Shown here piece after piece: positions 62,418-64,000 of a DNA stretch of 64,000 nucleotides. A model generated the notes under the pieces. That model saw only the letters and a program-made list of their open reading frames with translations. It did not search any database and was not told the origin of the DNA. Numbering within the stretch: the stretch's first letter is position 1; each line of letters begins with the position of its first letter. This stretch comes from Utricularia gibba. Lineage: Eukaryota > Plantae > Magnoliophyta. The position numbers were made by a program, and so were the translations under genes. The DNA is taken from positions 3,534,001 to 3,598,000 of the forward strand of contig CM007991.1 in the NCBI GenBank assembly GCA_002189035.1, written 5' to 3'.

Positions 62418-64000
62418 ATGGGGATACGGGAGAGTGACGGCGATGAAACTGAGCGGCGGAGGTATTTGACTTCTAAACTGAGGGAGATTGCCATGAAGGA
62501 GGAGCGTTTGAAGTTAGATGCTGAAGAAGCTGATAAGAGGGAGAAGAAATTAGCAATGGTTATAGGTACATTGGATGGGCGAATAAACGCTGTTGAGGAG
62601 AGGGAGAAAGCTCTTGAATTGGCTTTGCGTAAAAATATTGAAAACTTGAGTCTGAAGGAGCAGCAACTGGACATGAAAGCAGAGATCTTTGCTTTGGAGG
62701 TGAAAAAGGCTGAGGAGAGGATTCTAAAGCAGTTCGAGAAGGAGAAAGAGGAATTGCATTTTTTCCTTGAGGAGGGTTTGAAAGACTTGGGTCTGAAAAA
62801 GGAGACATTTTGGAACAGGGTGGAGGAATTAACTGATAAGGTTAAACAGGTGCAAATGGTAAATGAAAGGCAGAAATCAGGGCATGGGAGTTCTGTGAAG
62901 AGGCCGAGAATGGCTGAGAATCAAGTCAAGCATCGGAAAGTGGCTGCAGAAGGGAGACTGATGGTGAGTAAGACACAGTTTCAAAAGGAGAAAGAGGAGT
63001 TTGGTTTCTTCCTTGGGGAGAATATGAAGAAGTTGACTTTAAAAGAGGAGCTGTTTTATAACAAGGTGGGGGATTTAACTGATAAGCTTCAACAGGTGCA
63101 AAGCGTATTTGAAAAGCAGAGGATATTAAGTGAGAACAGTATGAAGAGGCTGGAGCTTGCTGAGGATAAAGTTGAGGTTCTGAAGGTGGTTGTAGAAAGG
63201 AGATTTATGACGGTTGAGTCACAACAGAACACAAGTTTCCAATCTCTATATGAGGTTTTGAGGGAAGCTGAAATGATCAAGGAATCAGCAGAGAAGAAGC
63301 TTGAGGAGTTTGAGAAGATGAAGCAACAATTTGATGCTTATCAGGAGGGAGTGAGAGGACTGGAATTGAAGAAACTGCACCTTGTTGCAATGTATAAGGA
63401 TTTCAATGGTAAGTTGATTGACAAAGAAGGGGCGGTCAATCAGCTCATCGACACCTTGAATTTGAAACTGATTAACGTAGAGGGAATATGGAAATCAGTT
63501 CAAGACACCTGTGAAAGGAACAGACTGAAGGAGACTGAACTTAGCACATTAAGAGATTGGGTTGAGAAGAAAATGGAGGAGGCAGATTCTAAACAAGCGG
63601 AGTTGAAGGAGAGGGAGAAGTTAATCATGTTGAAAGAAGATTCATTGATGGTCAAAGAAAAACATCTCATAATGAAGGGAATGGCTCTGATGACTCAGCA
63701 GAGGGATCTTGAAAGGAGGCAGGGAGAAGTTGATAAAGCTAAAGAACAAAATGAACAAATGTCAGCACTTCTGGAATGGAGGGAGAAGAATCTGAACTCT
63801 GTAAAAGAATTTACGCGCAAGTGTTTCCTTGAGCATCGTGCAATGAAGAAAGAACTGGTTGCTGAAAGAAAAGCTCTAGAGAAACGTGCTTTTGAACTGC
63901 AACACAAAGGAATGAACAGAAATACAGATGACTCTGGGGCTGAAAATTCAATGGTGTCCATGGATGAGGAAACAATGCAAATGCTGTTGGACAACCCCAA
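62418..64000 (+). CDS. Long Glu/Lys-rich coiled-coil protein, 3' end outside the window (possibly the long N-terminus of a FRIGIDA-like protein)
   Basis: Hand translation from ATG 62418 stays open for about 527 codons to the window edge, so it is absent from the ORF track. Heptad-like E/K/L composition. Family and start codon are uncertain. Confidence 0.75.
   Translation, partial: MGIRESDGDETERRRYLTSKLREIAMKEERLKLDAEEADKREKKLAMVIGTLDGRINAVEEREKALELALRKNIENLSLKEQQLDMKAEIFALEVKKAEERILKQFEKEKEELHFFLEEGLKDLGLKKETFWNRVEELTDKVKQVQMVNERQKSGHGSSVKRPRMAENQVKHRKVAAEGRLMVSKTQFQKEKEEFGFFLGENMKKLTLKEELFYNKVGDLTDKLQQVQSVFEKQRILSENSMKRLELAEDKVEVLKVVVERRFMTVESQQNTSFQSLYEVLREAEMIKESAEKKLEEFEKMKQQFDAYQEGVRGLELKKLHLVAMYKDFNGKLIDKEGAVNQLIDTLNLKLINVEGIWKSVQDTCERNRLKETELSTLRDWVEKKMEEADSKQAELKEREKLIMLKEDSLMVKEKHLIMKGMALMTQQRDLERRQGEVDKAKEQNEQMSALLEWREKNLNSVKEFTRKCFLEHRAMKKELVAERKALEKRAFELQHKGMNRNTDDSGAENSMVSMDEETMQMLLDNP

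Overview
Eudicot plant nuclear DNA, unusually gene-dense: about 23 protein-coding genes, one tRNA-Ala(AGC), mostly short introns, AT-rich spacers and no recognisable intact transposon. Gene order: last exon of an Mpv17/PMP22 gene, RPT2, a tentative small orphan gene, class I TCP, PP6/FyPP, myosin XI, PBL-type RLCK-VII kinase, tRNA-Ala, PRL1-interacting-factor-A-like gene, FAD2, KH-CCCH protein, FBH-type bHLH, a degenerate LRR remnant, DUF1680/GH127-type hydrolase, PLETHORA-like AP2, LSH/ALOG, RPL23, SUVR SET-domain gene, DUF946/Vps62-like, ZTP29, CcmE with a decayed 5' duplicate, intronless DSE1-like WD40, organellar L7/L12, DnaJ, PDIL2-1, and an open coiled-coil ORF running off the right edge. 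The most interesting points are: a HEXIM-like motif order in the PRL1-interacting protein (hypothesis only); apparent losses of otherwise conserved introns (AP2 VYL micro-exon fused, bHLH, WD40); a ~220-aa internal tandem duplication and missing in-frame ATG in SUVR; three GC-AG introns; and four single-base deletions in short homopolymers in LSH, ZTP29 and CcmE that look like assembly errors. All gene models were spliced and translated by eye, and homology calls come from recalled family motifs, not database searches.
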